Of a stretch of DNA of 64,000 nt, positions 12,240 through 25,354 are shown in pieces. The stretch's first letter is position 1; every line of letters begins with the position of its first letter. Location: the NCBI RefSeq assembly GCF_006345805.1, contig NC_042998.1, positions 119,784,001 through 119,848,000 on the forward strand, written 5' to 3'. The stretch comes from Octopus sinensis (taxonomy: Eukaryota). The notes below the pieces were generated by a model that saw nothing but the letters and a program-made list of their open reading frames with translations, did no database searches and was not told where the DNA came from. The position numbers and the translations under genes are program-made.

Positions 12240-12729
12240 TCTTTTCCAGGTGGTGCTATTGAGTTAATTATGGCCTAGGCTGATAATGACTGAAACCAAT
12301 CTAAGTTATCTAAGTTAGATAGTAATATGAATACAGTTAGTGTTGTTTTCAAACAACTGGATCTGTATGCAATGCACAAATATCAGGATACTAGCTTTGT
12401 GTTTTCTTTCCACAAATATTGGTATACTAATTGTGTGCAAATATGTACACAAGTAATGCTATACTAGTGACTAAGCATTTGGTTATGTCTCTTTATATTC
12501 TACATAAACAACCTTGTCCCTTCCAGCAACATAAACAATCCTATAAGTTTGATATCAACCTGTCTGAGACCACTCCTGGTTCTAGGATATAAACTTTCAG
12601 TTTTAAAGACAACTAAATCTAAAACATTACATCAAAATTATATGTTAATTTATATTCTAAACACCAGCTTAGTAGCAACAAAGTTATTTTACCAAATTCA
12701 TTATTTTGAAGTTAATTGAAGCTCCAATG

Positions 12730-13149
12730 ACTGACAACTGACTTAGTAAACATACACAAAATTATAACCATCGTGCCAACAACCACCTTGAACACCTTTT
12801 TGAGCTCCATGTGTCTAACACATGTGGGCATGCCTACAAAGTCAGAAAACAGCACAGCTCCCATGACTTTCGGAAACGTTTTTTTACACTCAAGAGTTGC
12901 TGAAGCACATAACAAACTAGCTGCATCAGTTTTTAGTTGCCGAGACATTGCATCCCTTAAAAACCTCCATGCTCCCTGAAATTTGCCAACACTACACCTG
13001 ATATCCCCCTCTCCATATGCATGTACACATGTATACCATGACTCTTACACTGTTCACTTTTCTGACTTTTGTACATAATTCTGTACATGAACCATTGAAG
13101 AGTTGTAGTGCATCTGAGCACTATACACAATAATTTCATTATTATTATT
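12730..13149 (+). mobile_element. CR1-clade LINE 3' fragment
   Basis: Collinear with 23630-24057 and has the same (ATT)n tail. Confidence 0.85.
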
Positions 13150-13529
13150 AAAGGCACAGTATTTCAACAAAAGCAGTTCTGGTGATATCCCAGTCATGCA
13201 GAAGTTACCACATATACACAATTACCAAGAGATATAAGGTGTAATTCCCATCAGAAATTTTTTTTTTTTTGTGATTCAATAGCTATGCGGTTAACATACT
13301 GGATCAAACTTAGCTACAACCACCGAATTATGTGAGTAACTATGTGAGTGAAATATAAAGAATTCAATATCTAGTGACTCCAGTGTTTGCCATACTGGCT
13401 GTATGGCATTTTTTACTTCGACTACTTGTTTTCCTATCTTTCAACCTGTCCATGTTGAGTAGGGACAAATTATAATATATTCACTTTGTTACTGCTGTTG
13501 TTTTAGCAGTTTTTATTCATAATTTGTAC

Positions 13530-13562
<33 letters not shown>

Positions 13563-13799
13563 GTGTAAGAAAATGTGCTGGAAGTGTGTGTGAACAAGAG
13601 TATGTCTTTCAGATACGCTGTGCATTAGAGAGAAAGTGTGTGTGTGTGTTTACATGTTAGAGATAGAATGTGTTTGAGAAAGTATCAAAAAGAGAGAGAG
13701 AGAGTGTGTGTAAGTTTGGTGAGAAAGAGAAAGAGAATGTACATTTGGGAGTTTCATACTACTTTTAGAAATGAGATACAAAAAAAAAAGTAAACTTAC

Positions 13800-13863
13800 C
13801 ATTTTTGCCAGGTTTAGATTCAGGAAGTGGGGTAAATCTGGACTCTGTATATTTTTCATGACT
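13800..13863 (-). CDS. LRMDA: LRMDA exon 6 (64 nt)
   Basis: CTCAG acceptor; SHEKYTESRFTPLPESKPGKN plus G; donor GTAAGT. Confidence 0.92.
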
Positions 13864-13880
13864 CTGAGTTAAAAACATTT

Positions 13881-13908
13881 TATAATAATAGTAGGAGTAG
13901 TAGTAGTA

Positions 13909-13972
<64 letters not shown>

Positions 13973-14002
13973 GAGCAATAATAATAAAAATGATAATAAT
14001 AG
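13881..14002. repeat. (TAA)n/(TAG)n microsatellite
   Basis: Directly visible, about 18 nt from the exon 6 acceptor. Confidence 0.95.
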
Positions 14003-17000
14003 TAAACAACATTCGAAAACATTCAACCTATTGATAAAGATACTTTTGACCATGATGTTGATGTAGGCAACTTAGAGCTTGAAGTAGTAGACGACCAAAC
14101 TGAAAGTGAAGTAACAGGATGTAGGAATGAACTTGAGGCTGAAATGGCTGACACATTCACCAAAGCCAATAGAAAGAAAATACTTGAGGCAAACAACAAT
14201 ATCCTGAGAGAGCTAGGCATCTCTAAACATCTAGAAATGAATGAGGGAGATCAACTACCAATGTTTCAGAAGACCAAACTAAATCACTATGATCAAAATA
14301 TATTACTATGCCTCGAAGCAACTTCTCCTTGAAACTGAAACAGATTTTAACCTCATTAAACCATCTTATATAGTGAACAGCTATTGTTGCCACAAAGAAA
14401 ATAGGCATCAAGATAAAGGGAAAAGGTTCACAAAAAAGCACTCAAACACCCAAGGTGGAAAGAGTGCTTAAATAAGGAAATCGAGAGCTTCCAATGGGAA
14501 TTATCTATCTTAGATGAACTCTCCAAAAGAAATAGTGTAAAAACAAGAAGGACTAGAAAGATAAAGCAAAAATACAATCTGATAAACAAGAATGAAGTCC
14601 TGAGAGCAAAAGAGATGGTTAAGCAAAAAATGCAGGTTAAGGCCCAAATTTTACAGACAAAATAAGATATTTAAAACTGATGCCAAAAAATTCTACTGAA
14701 AGTTAGGGAAACAGTCCAAATTAAAAGACCAACCAGATAATGAAATAAGTAGTGACATTTTGGAAAAGTATATGGAATGATAGAAGGGAATTCAACAAGG
14801 AAGCTGACTGGGTAGAGAGGGAAGAAGAAAGAATGGCTGAGACTGAAGAAGAGATGGAACAATATTACAATGTAGAAACTAACAAGATTTATCTAAAACT
14901 CATAAGTGGAAGTCTCCTGGACATGATAAAATTCCAAACTTCTGGCTTAACAACCTCCCATCATTACACTGTCAGTTAATGGAATGTTTCTCTAATGTCA
15001 TCAGAAACTCCTAGAAGACTCCAAGCTGGCTAACATTAGGGATAACATACCTACTCCCTAAAACAAGTGGCACAAGAAGCCCCCAAAACTACAGGCCAAT
15101 CACTTGTTTGGCCACCATGTACAAAACACTTATATTCATCCTCACTAAAAGGATGTAGCAATTTCTCAATGCAAACAACATCCTTCCCCTTGAACAAAAA
15201 AGGTGCAAAAGAAACTCATACAACTGCAAAGACCAACTACTAATAAATGCATGATGCTCAAAAATTGCTCATTCAAAAAATGAAATCTTATCACAGCATG
15301 GAAATACTATTGTAAGGCATTTGACAGTATCCAACATAGGTGGATCTTAAAGGCACTAAATAGATACAAGATCTCTCCTTTCATAAAAGAACATCAAAAA
15401 TAGACCATGGAATATTCTATGGTGGTTCACTCTCTCCTCTCCTCTTCTGTCTTTCCTTCATTCCCTTGTCCCATGAGCTGAATAGAACAAATCACAGTTA
15501 CAAAAATGTTTGTCAAGATCATCTCACACTTACTCTACATGGATGATCTGAAATTATATGCAAATAATGACAGTGGCTACTAGTAACTGAAAAAATTCAG
15601 TGATGACATAAATATGAAATCTGACCATGACAAGTGTGTAAAAGCTTTGTTCAAACTTGGTAAAGTGACAGCTAATACCATAACCCAACTTGATCATGAT
15701 ACAACTATGAAAGACCTGGATCAAGAAGATTTTTATAAGTATCTTGAGGTACATGAAGGGAAAGGGATCCAACATGGATCAATAAAAGAGATCAGGAAAG
15801 AGTATGTCAGAATGGTCCAGAATAGAATTGCAGCTATAAACTCCCTGGCAGAACCAGTTGTCCAGTATAGCCTTAATGTCATCAACTGAAATCTGCGTGA
15901 ACTCCAGCATATGAACATAAAAGCCAGGAAACTGCTGATACTAAACAGAATGCATCACTCAAAATCAGACATTCAAGGCTCTATCTCTCATGAAAGGAAG
16001 GCAGTAGAGGCCTAATTCAAGTTGAAACATTCTATAAAACAACTACAATAGGACTCCAAGTGTACATCCATAGTAACACAGACTGGATGATACAGCTGGT
16101 AAGGCAATATGAACAGAGTAAGAAACTCTACTTAATCTCAAAGGAGATATAAATATAGATAAGCGATTAACCTCCCTGATTATGATGATAAGGAGGACAC
16201 ACCATCCACTAAGACAGCAAAAAGGTGTAAAAAAAACCAGGCAGGAAAACTTGAAGGTAATATTGAGAATGTGGTAAAAAAAAAAAGAAAAACATTGCAT
16301 GGGTAATACCCCAAATGAGCTGGGGAAGCTAATGTAGATATGAGAAGAACTGCAGAATGCTGGTTTGAAAGCCAAAACAGAAACATTTATCCTAGCGGCA
16401 CAAGATCAGAGTCTTCTCACTGAGAACTTTCAAGCTAATGTCAAACACAATGTGGTAGAAACAAAGTGTAGACTCTGCAATGACAAACTTGAGAGTATTG
16501 ACCACACTGTTGCCAGCTGCTCAGTCCTTGCCCCAACAGAATATAAAACCAGGCATGATTGAGTTGGCCAATACTTTTACTGGAGCATATGCTGTCATTA
16601 TGATATCTCACACCTTAAGAAATGGTATGAACACCAACCAGAGCCAGTCACTGAGGGAGAGAATATTACCATCCTATGGGATTATAGGATACAGACAGAC
16701 AGGCAAATAAATGTTAACAGAACAGACATTGTCACCAAAGACCTAAGACAAAAAAGCATGTATGTCAATTGATATGACAATGCCTACTGATAGAAATATC
16801 TCAGCAAAGGAATTTGAAAAACTGTCAAAATATAAGGCCCTTGAGATTGCGATATCTAGGATGTGTCAATTAAAAACCAAAACCATCCCTATGTTGTAGA
16901 CACCTTAGGAATGATCAAGAAAGCAGTGATAAATTTTTTGACCAGATCACTGGGAAACCAATAAGCTAGGAGACTCAAAAAATTGTGTTGGCATAAACTG

Positions 17001-17119
17001 TTCACATTCTCAGGAAGTTTCTCTCCATGTAATATATATACATGCCTTAGGTCTCTAGTTGAGACCTGGTCAGAAGATGAAATAAAATGTAAATCAATCA
17101 GAAAAAAAATAATAATAAT
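14003..17119 (+). mobile_element. R4/Dong-clade non-LTR retrotransposon (RT plus CCHC plus restriction-like endonuclease), pseudogenised
   Basis: Remnant peptides FWKSIW, NYRPITCL, KDQLLIN, YMDDLKLYA, LKAKTETFILAAQDQSL, CRLC..ESIDHTVASC, ILWDYRIQTD, RTDIV and KYKALEI; 3' hairpin GGTCTC-tagtt-GAGACC; TAA repeats on both sides. Confidence 0.88.
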
Positions 17120-17124
17120 CATGA

Positions 17125-17305
17125 CACAAAGCAAGCAAGTTTGTGGGAGGGGGTAAGTCAATTACATAGACTCCAGTACTTGACTGGTACTTATTTCACT
17201 GCAAAAGGTTGAAAGGCAAAATCAACTTCAGTGGAATTTCAACCCCGAATGTAAACAGATGAAATGGTGTGAAATATTTTGTCCAGCATGCTAATGATTA
17301 TGCCA
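17125..17305 (-). mobile_element. SINE family 1
   Basis: Reverse complement of the copy at 17430-17625. Confidence 0.75.
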
Positions 17306-17310
17306 ACTTG

Positions 17311-17625
<315 letters not shown>

Positions 17626-17997
17626 CGTACGTACATACATACATACATATACACACACATTGGGCAATGTAAAGTGCCTTGCTCAATGATGCAACAAGCC
17701 ACTGAATCTGGATCTTATGATCATGAGCTGAACATGCCTAATGTTAAGGACATATGCACTCACAGTGTAGGTGTAAACATTAAAAAAATGCTTCATCTCT
17801 CAGGATGACATTAATAGACCAAAAATCTTATCTTATCAATAAAAACCCATTTGGGTGATTGAACTGCGTGTGTGTGTGATTTTACTGATGAGTACAGTTG
17901 ATTAAAAGGTTCATTGGATGAATGCTTTAAGGTTTTAGAAAGAATGAAAGAAAGAAAAAAGACGGTAATAAAGGTAGAATACAGAACAAAACTCTAC

Positions 17998-18124
17998 CGT
18001 GCTCTCAATTGGTCTGGCTACTTTCATATATTGCCCAATTCGTAAAGCTTCTTTCACTTCTTCATCCTTTATTGGGGTTGAATCGAGGAATTTGAGAGTT
18101 TTTAATTCATAAATTACATAATAC
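17998..18124 (-). CDS. LRMDA: LRMDA exon 5 (127 nt, LRR cap region)
   Basis: TTTCCCAG acceptor; (R)YYVIYELKTLKFLDSTPIKDEEVKEALRIGQYMKVARPIEST. The donor ACG|GTAGAG is weak but gives the required phase 0, so the 3' boundary is less sure. Confidence 0.88.
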
Positions 18125-18300
18125 CTGGGAAAGAAAAAAACCCCAATATTTTCATTATTATATAATAAAACATGAAACAAAGTCCATTAACTGTCCAAAC
18201 AGCTCAATAGATGTTGCTGCAGGTTTATTCACATCCACCATGTGGTTGGGAAGCAAACGTCTTACCACGCACTCATGCCTACACCTATACAGACACACAT

Positions 18301-18700
18301 ATCTCTTTTACTCTTTTAGTTGTTTCAGTCATTTGACTGCGGCCATGCTGGAGTACCACCTTTAGTCGAGCAAATCGACCCCGGGACTTATTCTTTGTAA
18401 ACCCAGTACTTATTCTATCGGTCTCTTTTGCCGAACCGCTAAGTGACGGGGACGTAAACACACCAGCATCGGTTGTCAAGCAATGCTAGGGGGACAAACA
18501 CACACACATACATATATATACATACATATATACGACAGGCTTCTTTCAGTTTCTGTCTACCAAATCCACTCACAAGGCATTGGTTGGCCCGGGGCTATAG
18601 CTGAAAACACTTGCCCAAGATGCCACGCAGTGGGACTGAACCCGGAACCATGTGGTTGGTTAGCAAGCTACTTACCACACAGCCACTCCTGCGCCTATAT
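18301..18700 (-). mobile_element. SINE family 2, full length
   Basis: Head GGCGCAGGAGTGGCTGTGTGGTAAG, B-box GGGTTCAGTCCC, internal (TA/TG)n, tail TAAAAGAG repeats. Confidence 0.9.
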
Positions 18701-19458
18701 CTGTACATATATAACCCTCAACACTATTCGCCGTAATATTATTGTAAGTGCATTGTATTTCAAATACAATGTTTTGAATTGTTGGAATGACAACAGTATT
18801 ATACTACCAAATCAAACACATATACACATGATGAGAATGTTAGGCAAGTTCAGCGACCTATTATATTTCTCTATTGTCTTACCTATTGAAATGTAACCAC
18901 ACACATACAATATAATTATAGTTTTGGAGGAAAATTGTTTTATGACTGTGTGGGTATATAACAATAAAACTATATTAAGCATCATGTATATGCAGACATA
19001 CCCACATATACATACACAATCATCATATGACCACACATACACACATATGACTACACACAAACCCATGCCCACATGCATGATTATACCATAAACCAGTATG
19101 AGAGCCTTTATGCAGGTGCCCAACATGCTAGAAATAGAAGCTAAATTACTTCCTACTGTCTTGAAAAAGAGGATAGAATGAATATGAACCTATATGCACA
19201 CTTCCTACAAAAACAGATGGAATAGTCATAACTGGAATGCCATTGATCATAGGTCTGCTTAGTCAGGTTAAACAATAACAACAAAAACATGCTTACACCA
19301 CACATTCTCACATGAATCCATACATATGACTCTATAGATACATAAGCAAACACACACACACATAGCTGTAATAAAATTATTTCCCTATTGTGTGTTTGAA
19401 ACACAGTTGTCTCCTCAGTCAATAAAAGCAGGAGCCATTCTTAAGGTTGGTAGTTTAA

Positions 19459-19633
19459 CCCTTTCGTTACTGTATTTATTTTGAGATTTTCTGTGTTTTT
19501 TTCAATTACCCTCAATATAGGAACCATAAATTGTGACAAAGGTTTGGTGGAAGATTTTAATTCAAAACTTACAAAAACAAGACATTTGTACTCAGAGCCA
19601 GAGCTGGTTTCAGCCGGGTTGGTAACGAAAGGG
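19459..19633. mobile_element. piggyBac-type MITE (175 bp)
   Basis: Perfect 12-bp TIR CCCTTTCGTTAC / GTAACGAAAGGG flanked by a TTAA TSD on both sides. Confidence 0.9.
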
Positions 19634-20377
19634 TTAATTCTGTCAAAAATCACTGCACTGCTGTCAACTACAGTATTTTTCTGCTCATCACAGTTTCCAT
19701 AATCAACAGTAAACCTATGGTCAAGTGATTAGCCCTGATTAGCTCTGATCATTGGTGGGATTTAATTTTCTGAGCAGACTTTGAACTCAAAATGCAAAGA
19801 ATCAGAACAGATACCTCAAGACATTTCATTAAATGCTCTGATAATTCTGCCAATGCTCTGCTCTTGACTGGCAATTTATCAGCTCTGGATTGTTGAAAGG
19901 CAAAGCTGACCTCAGCAGGATTTAAACCTGGAGCCCTGAAAGCTAGAACAAGTACTGATAGCTCAAATAAATCTGTCAGCTTGATGTATGCTGGAAAAAA
20001 ATGGGTAAGGAATACCAGAAAATGAAGAATCTGGAGAATAAGGATTAGACAAAGTGATTAATGGGTGAAGCATTAATCAATTTTCATCAATCAAACAATC
20101 AAATTCTCTCAGAAGAATAAATAAAGAAGCAGTTGTTGTTTAGACGCCAGGTTAGCTCTGATCAAGCAGACCTGTGATCAAAAATGTTCAAACCATAACC
20201 ATCTCATATTATGCTCAGTAAAATGTATCAAGGACAACATTATCTAATACATCCTCCCTTTCTGAAGATAGAAATGGTTTCAGTGGGACATGACTGCGAC
20301 CTCTATCTGTGGAGAACAACCACAGTCATTACATTGGTCTTGGTGGCAAAATTAAATTAAAAAAAAATTGAACTTAC

Positions 20378-20517
20378 CTATAACGTTGGTAATCTCCATC
20401 ATCTTTTTCTTTGTCTGATAGTTGGTTAGGACAGGCATTATTTCCAAGAAGACTGAGGTATTTTAAGTTAGTGTAAGATGCTTTTAATTTTAAAAGAAAA
20501 CTTTCTAAATCAGAAAT
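20378..20517 (-). CDS. LRMDA: LRMDA exon 4 (140 nt)
   Basis: CTAG acceptor; ISDLESFLLKLKASYTNLKYLSLLGNNACPNQLSDKEKDDGDYQRY plus AG; donor GTAAGT. Confidence 0.96.
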
Positions 20518-20526
20518 CTAGTTGAA

Positions 20527-20535
20527 GTTAAGGAA
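20527..20535 (-). promoter_or_regulatory. U12-type branch point of LRMDA intron 3
   Basis: TTCCTTAAC ends 9 nt before the end of the intron (TTCCTTAAC-ttcaactAG), with no pyrimidine tract. Confidence 0.92.
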
Positions 20536-20539
20536 ATTT

Positions 20540-21760
20540 TACAAAAATTTTATCCAAGCTTCCAGTTTTCATATTCTAGATATCTCTATTTCTAAGTTCT
20601 TATTGGATAGTTTCTATAACTCTTTCAGAGTTATAAAATGAAAACTTAATAGCAGACACTTTTTATTATTTATGGTCCTTAACAATAATAGTAGGACATT
20701 TTGTAATTACCATTCCAACAGTGTCTACAAACATGTTCTGTATCATTGCCAACATGTCATTATCAAACATTGTTTGTGTTATATGCTTGAACTACCTGTT
20801 TCAACTGCTTAATTTTATGTTTCTAGTTCAGTTTCCAATTTACTTACATATCTACCCACTTTGTTGTAGTCTTAGCAAAAACTAATTTTTGTTTTGCCAA
20901 GACAATATGATCAATTGTTTCTTTGTTGCTTTAAAATATCATTTTACATAGCTTTTGGTAGTTACAGATTGAATCTGTGCAGATATCAAGAGATTTTTTT
21001 CAACTTTCAAACCTAAACTCAGAACCAGTGTGGTGATACTTGATAGAATATTGGCCAGCCCAAAGTTATACTCCCTTACCATCAGCTTTTATGCCATATT
21101 TTCTTAATCTTATGTTTTCTTCTCAGAATTCATTTTATTTGTGGGGCTCAAGTAAGGCTGTCTGCTGGCTCTTGTATAATTTAAAAACTTAATTAGCCAC
21201 TTATATGATGACATATAAGTGACTTATTAGTAGGATAGGAACCTTTCCAATATCAGAAGTCTATAGGCCCCCATCAAACTATCAAATTCAAGCAGGTCTT
21301 TGAGTTACAGCACACTACTGATTGTGCTCTTATCACTCATACACCCTAGTTCCATAGACCACCATTCCAACAGCTGTAACAGCTCACAGATGAGCCTAAT
21401 GGTTAATGTTCAGAAAACAGATCATTTGAAACACCCTTTTCTTTCTCAGGACATCCCCTGTTTCAGAATCCTGGTCTGTGTTATTTCCATTATTTTTGTT
21501 TGGGAAATTCAGAACAGCCTCAGATAGGCCACAAATTTGAGAAGGATTCAGCTATTTCTAGCAGACTGAGTGACCACATTGGGAATAAACAAGATGAATT
21601 TGATCAATTATATTTCCTGTTTTCCGCAAAAGTGAGAAGTTGTGTCTCAGTCATGACCATCCTCTTTTCTACAGACATTATCCAAAGTATTTTTTTTTTA
21701 AATAGTGGGACATTTGTTGGTCACTTCCAGCAGGTTGAGTAACAGTGTAGAGGCTTGTTA
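20540..21760 (-). pseudogene. Old R4/Dong-like LINE remnant inside the U12 intron
   Basis: Minus-strand remnants ETIDHIV, NKVGRY..NWKL, ISAQIQS and KNLEIEISRI parallel the element at 14003-17119; heavily decayed. Confidence 0.5.
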
Positions 21761-22611
21761 ATTGGGTTGAATTAAGGGGCCCTGTTTATAAGCTTATTAC
21801 TAGATAGTGTGCTGTTATATTGCCTTCAAGTTTCTATTAACAAAGGAGTAGTTAATCCCAGCACTACAAGCTATATTTGTGTTATATCGCACGTTCGGAT
21901 GACCTCTACTCAACTCCTCAACGTCTAGAATTCTCCCTCTATATCTATGTATTGGGCTAGCTTACTTCATCATCTGGGGGCGTCAACACAACAATTTGAT
22001 AGTGAAATGTATCTCTTTGACAATACATATCTCCAGTCAGTTGAGTTTCACCTTCACATAATATCAATATAAAGTTAAATAACCTTTACTTCTTAATGGT
22101 AGACATAAGCAGCTAAATGTACAGTTAGGTGATATAGTCTTAGTGACAGGACAAAAATTGCTAATCTTTTAAATAGTTTCAATAGTTAAGTTAATGTTAA
22201 CATAGTTAATGTATGGAGTATTAAAAAGCTAATTAGAAATGAATGTGTAGATAGGAAAAAAAGAATATTAGCCAATGGTTAATATGATTTTCATTTTACT
22301 GGTAAGTATGGGAGATAATGGTGGACGTATATTGAGCTTATAAATGACTTCACCATTAAAAGAATAGCAAAGTGAATGAATGTACAAGGTTGGATATTCA
22401 TTGGTGCAAAAAAAGTAGATTTGTTTACAAAATAAATATCTCATTTATGCTACTCAAAAAAACAGTTAAGTTAGTGTTAATATATCTAATGCAACAATTT
22501 GGTCTGAGGCTAAATACAAGTCCTAAATAAATGATATAGGAAACATGATAGACTAAGTGAAAAAAATGAAATTACAAAATTGTAAAAGCAGGAATCAATT
22601 TAAAAAAAAAT

Positions 22612-22620
22612 AAAGGATAC
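22612..22620 (-). promoter_or_regulatory. U12-type 5' splice site of LRMDA intron 3
   Basis: GTATCCTTT matches the minor-intron donor consensus RTATCCTTT exactly. Confidence 0.93.
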
Positions 22621-22747
22621 ATTATTTTTATTTAAAGTTAAAGTATGCAGTGAATTTAAAGCTGGGAACTCTGTGTCATCATCAATCCAGTTGTTATCTA
22701 ACACTAATTCTTCCAAGTCTGTAAAATTTTCTAAACCTTTTAATGTA
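22621..22747 (-). CDS. LRMDA: LRMDA exon 3 (127 nt, LRR repeats)
   Basis: TTTCAG acceptor; (Y)TLKGLENFTDLEELVLDNNWIDDDTEFPALNSLHTLTLNKNN; donor GTATCCTTT. Confidence 0.96.
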
Positions 22748-22904
22748 CTGAAATATAAAATAGAATGTTAGATACAGGGAATGGTAGTGGTGAAGATAGG
22801 ACATAAAATGTAAGGAATGATGGTGGTGAAAGAAGGACAATGTAGATAGTTACGAAAATATGAAGTTTAAAAGAGAGATGGGGGAGAGAGAGATAAATGC
22901 TTTA

Positions 22905-24057
22905 TACCACGACAACTGGTTGAAGTCCTTTATCTTCAGCCGAAAAGAGGTTGTCACAGTTCTAGGACAGCACTCTTCACCCTATGAGATGACATCTGGT
23001 GTACCACAGGGATCTGTTCTTGGCCCCCTTTTATTTGTTGCATATGTTAATGACATAGATGCCAACTTAAAGAATGCCACAGTGCTGAAACATGCAGATG
23101 ACATCAAGCTGTACCTCGAAATAAAGAGGACAGATTCTGTACACTATAGATCTCTATTGCAAGCAGACCTGGACACAATGCAGCAGTGGATCATGGACTG
23201 GCAACTCAAGCTGGCTGTGGACAAATGTACCACCATGCATATTGGGAGGAGAACCCAGCATCCATCTACTCCCTAAACAACACTAATCTCAAAAAGTCTT
23301 CATGTGAACGTGACCTGGGTGTTACTGTCGACAGTGATTTGCGTTGGACAAAACACATCGCTAAAATTGTCAAGAAGGCTGAGGGTGTCTTGGCATCACT
23401 CACCAAATCCTTTGTGAGCCGCTCTCTGTCTATCTATCTGCGGCTTTATATAGCTATGGTAAGACCTCACCTGGAATTTGCATCACCGGTCTGGAACCCC
23501 TATCTTGCCCAGGATATCAATCGCCTGGAAGCTGTTCAGCGACGTGCAATCAAAAGAATACACTCCATCAGGCATTTGTCATATTCTGAACGCCTTACTT
23601 GGGCATGGACACATTGAAACTCCGACGTCGGGCAGCTGACTTGGCAGACACCCATAAAATTATCAACCATCTTACAAACAATAACTCTGAGCACCTTTTC
23701 AAACTCCACCTGTCTAACACCCGTGGACATGTTTACAAAGTCAGAAAACAGCACAGCTCCCATGACTTTCGGAATCATTTTTTCACACTAAGAGTTGCTG
23801 AAGCATGGAACAAACTGCCGGCATCAGTTGTTAGTTGTCGGAGCACTGCATCCTTCAAAACTTCCATGCTTCCTGAGATTCACCAACACTACACCTGATT
23901 TTCTCCTCTCCATACACACACAAGCATGTATCTGACTCATACATTGTTCACTTTCCAGACATTTGTACATTACTGCATATACTCTATACGCACTTTCTGA
24001 CCAGTTGTGGTGCACCTGAGCACTGTATACAATAATTTCATTATTATTATTATTATT
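22905..24057 (+). mobile_element. CR1-clade LINE, 5'-truncated and frameshifted
   Basis: SGVPQGSVLGPLLF, HADD, ERDLGV, RPHLEFASPVWNP and RNHFFTLRV..WNKLP, then an (ATT)n tail. Confidence 0.92.
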
Positions 24058-24671
24058 CAAATATGTGATATTATGGTTTTATCTCATACATGTTGATATG
24101 TGTGCATGCACGTGCACAAGATAACCAGCATTACAAACCTATATGTAAAAATTTGTAATCCAGTACTATATACATAACTTTGTCAAAAAGAGAGGAGAAA
24201 TCTGATCTTTTTGGAATTGTTCCTTCATTTGAGTCTATTAGACTTATTATCATTATCTTTTAACATCCATCTTCTATACTGGCATGGTTTGGACAGTTTG
24301 ACAAGATCTTATGAGTCTAGAGGATCCATAAGACCTTGTCAAACACTGTGTTCCTATGTCTGCTTTGGCATGCTTTCTATAGCTGGATACTCTTCTTAAC
24401 ATCAGCTACTTTACATCTGTAAATTGGTTGATGTTACTGTGTTGGGTGTTTTTTTTTTCTCATGGCACCAGCACTAGTGAGGTCACTAATAGCAGCACAA
24501 TAGTATAATTTGAGATAGAATGATTGACAGACATTCTGTAGTGTTGAAATTGGTAACACAGTCACCTGGCAAGTATGGTTTGGAGATTCCATCATTGAGC
24601 CTTTTTCTCTTTCTTGTTTCAAATTGAATTTTATGATACCTAATATGACTTTATGTTAAAAATCTTACCAT

Positions 24672-25106
24672 AGGCATAGGAGTGGCTGTGTAGTAAGTAC
24701 CTTGCTAATGAACCACATGGTTCCAGGTTCAGTCCCACTGTGTGGCACCTTGGGCAAGTGTCTTCTACTATAGCCTTGGGCCGACCAAAGCCTTGTGAGT
24801 GGATTTGGTAGACGGAAACTGAAAGAAGCCTGTCATATATGTGTGTGTGTGTGTGTGTGTATGTGTATATATGTATGTATGTATATATGTATGTGATTGT
24901 GTGTCTGAGTTTGTCCCCCCCACCTCCAACATCACTTGACAACCGATGCTGGTGTGTTTATGTCCCTGTAACTTGGCAGTTTGGCAAAAGAGACCGATAG
25001 AATAAGTACTAGGCTTACAAAGAATAAGTCCTGGGGTCAATTTGCTCGACTAAAGGCGGTGCTCCAGCATGGCCACAGTCACATGACTGAAACAAGTAAA
25101 AGAGTT
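24672..25106 (+). mobile_element. SINE family 2, full length
   Basis: Same structure as 18301-18700 in the opposite orientation. Confidence 0.9.
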
Positions 25107-25253
25107 AAGGTAAAGAGAGAGAGAGAGAGAGAGAGAGCACACACACACACAAACAGACAGACAGACAGCTATAATGTTGTGTATGTGTATGCAGATGAAT
25201 GCGCATAATCTGTTGCAGAGAAATGGAAGAGAAACTAAGATAGTACAACTTAC

Positions 25254-25354
25254 TACAGTAGATTATAACTTAGATCCAGACGTTTGGTTTTCGTACAGAA
25301 ACTTTCAATTAATTTTTCTGGGATAACATGAACATCATTGCAAGCATATGTCAA
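25254..25354 (-). CDS. LRMDA: LRMDA exon 2 (101 nt)
   Basis: Pyrimidine tract then CTACAG acceptor; LTYACNDVHVIPEKLIESFCTKTKRLDLSYNLL plus TA; donor GTAAGT. Confidence 0.95.

Noticed and set aside
13765-14022. 85-aa Tyr-rich ORF
   Set aside because: Poly-Tyr comes from (TTA)n; only 13863-13800 is a real exon
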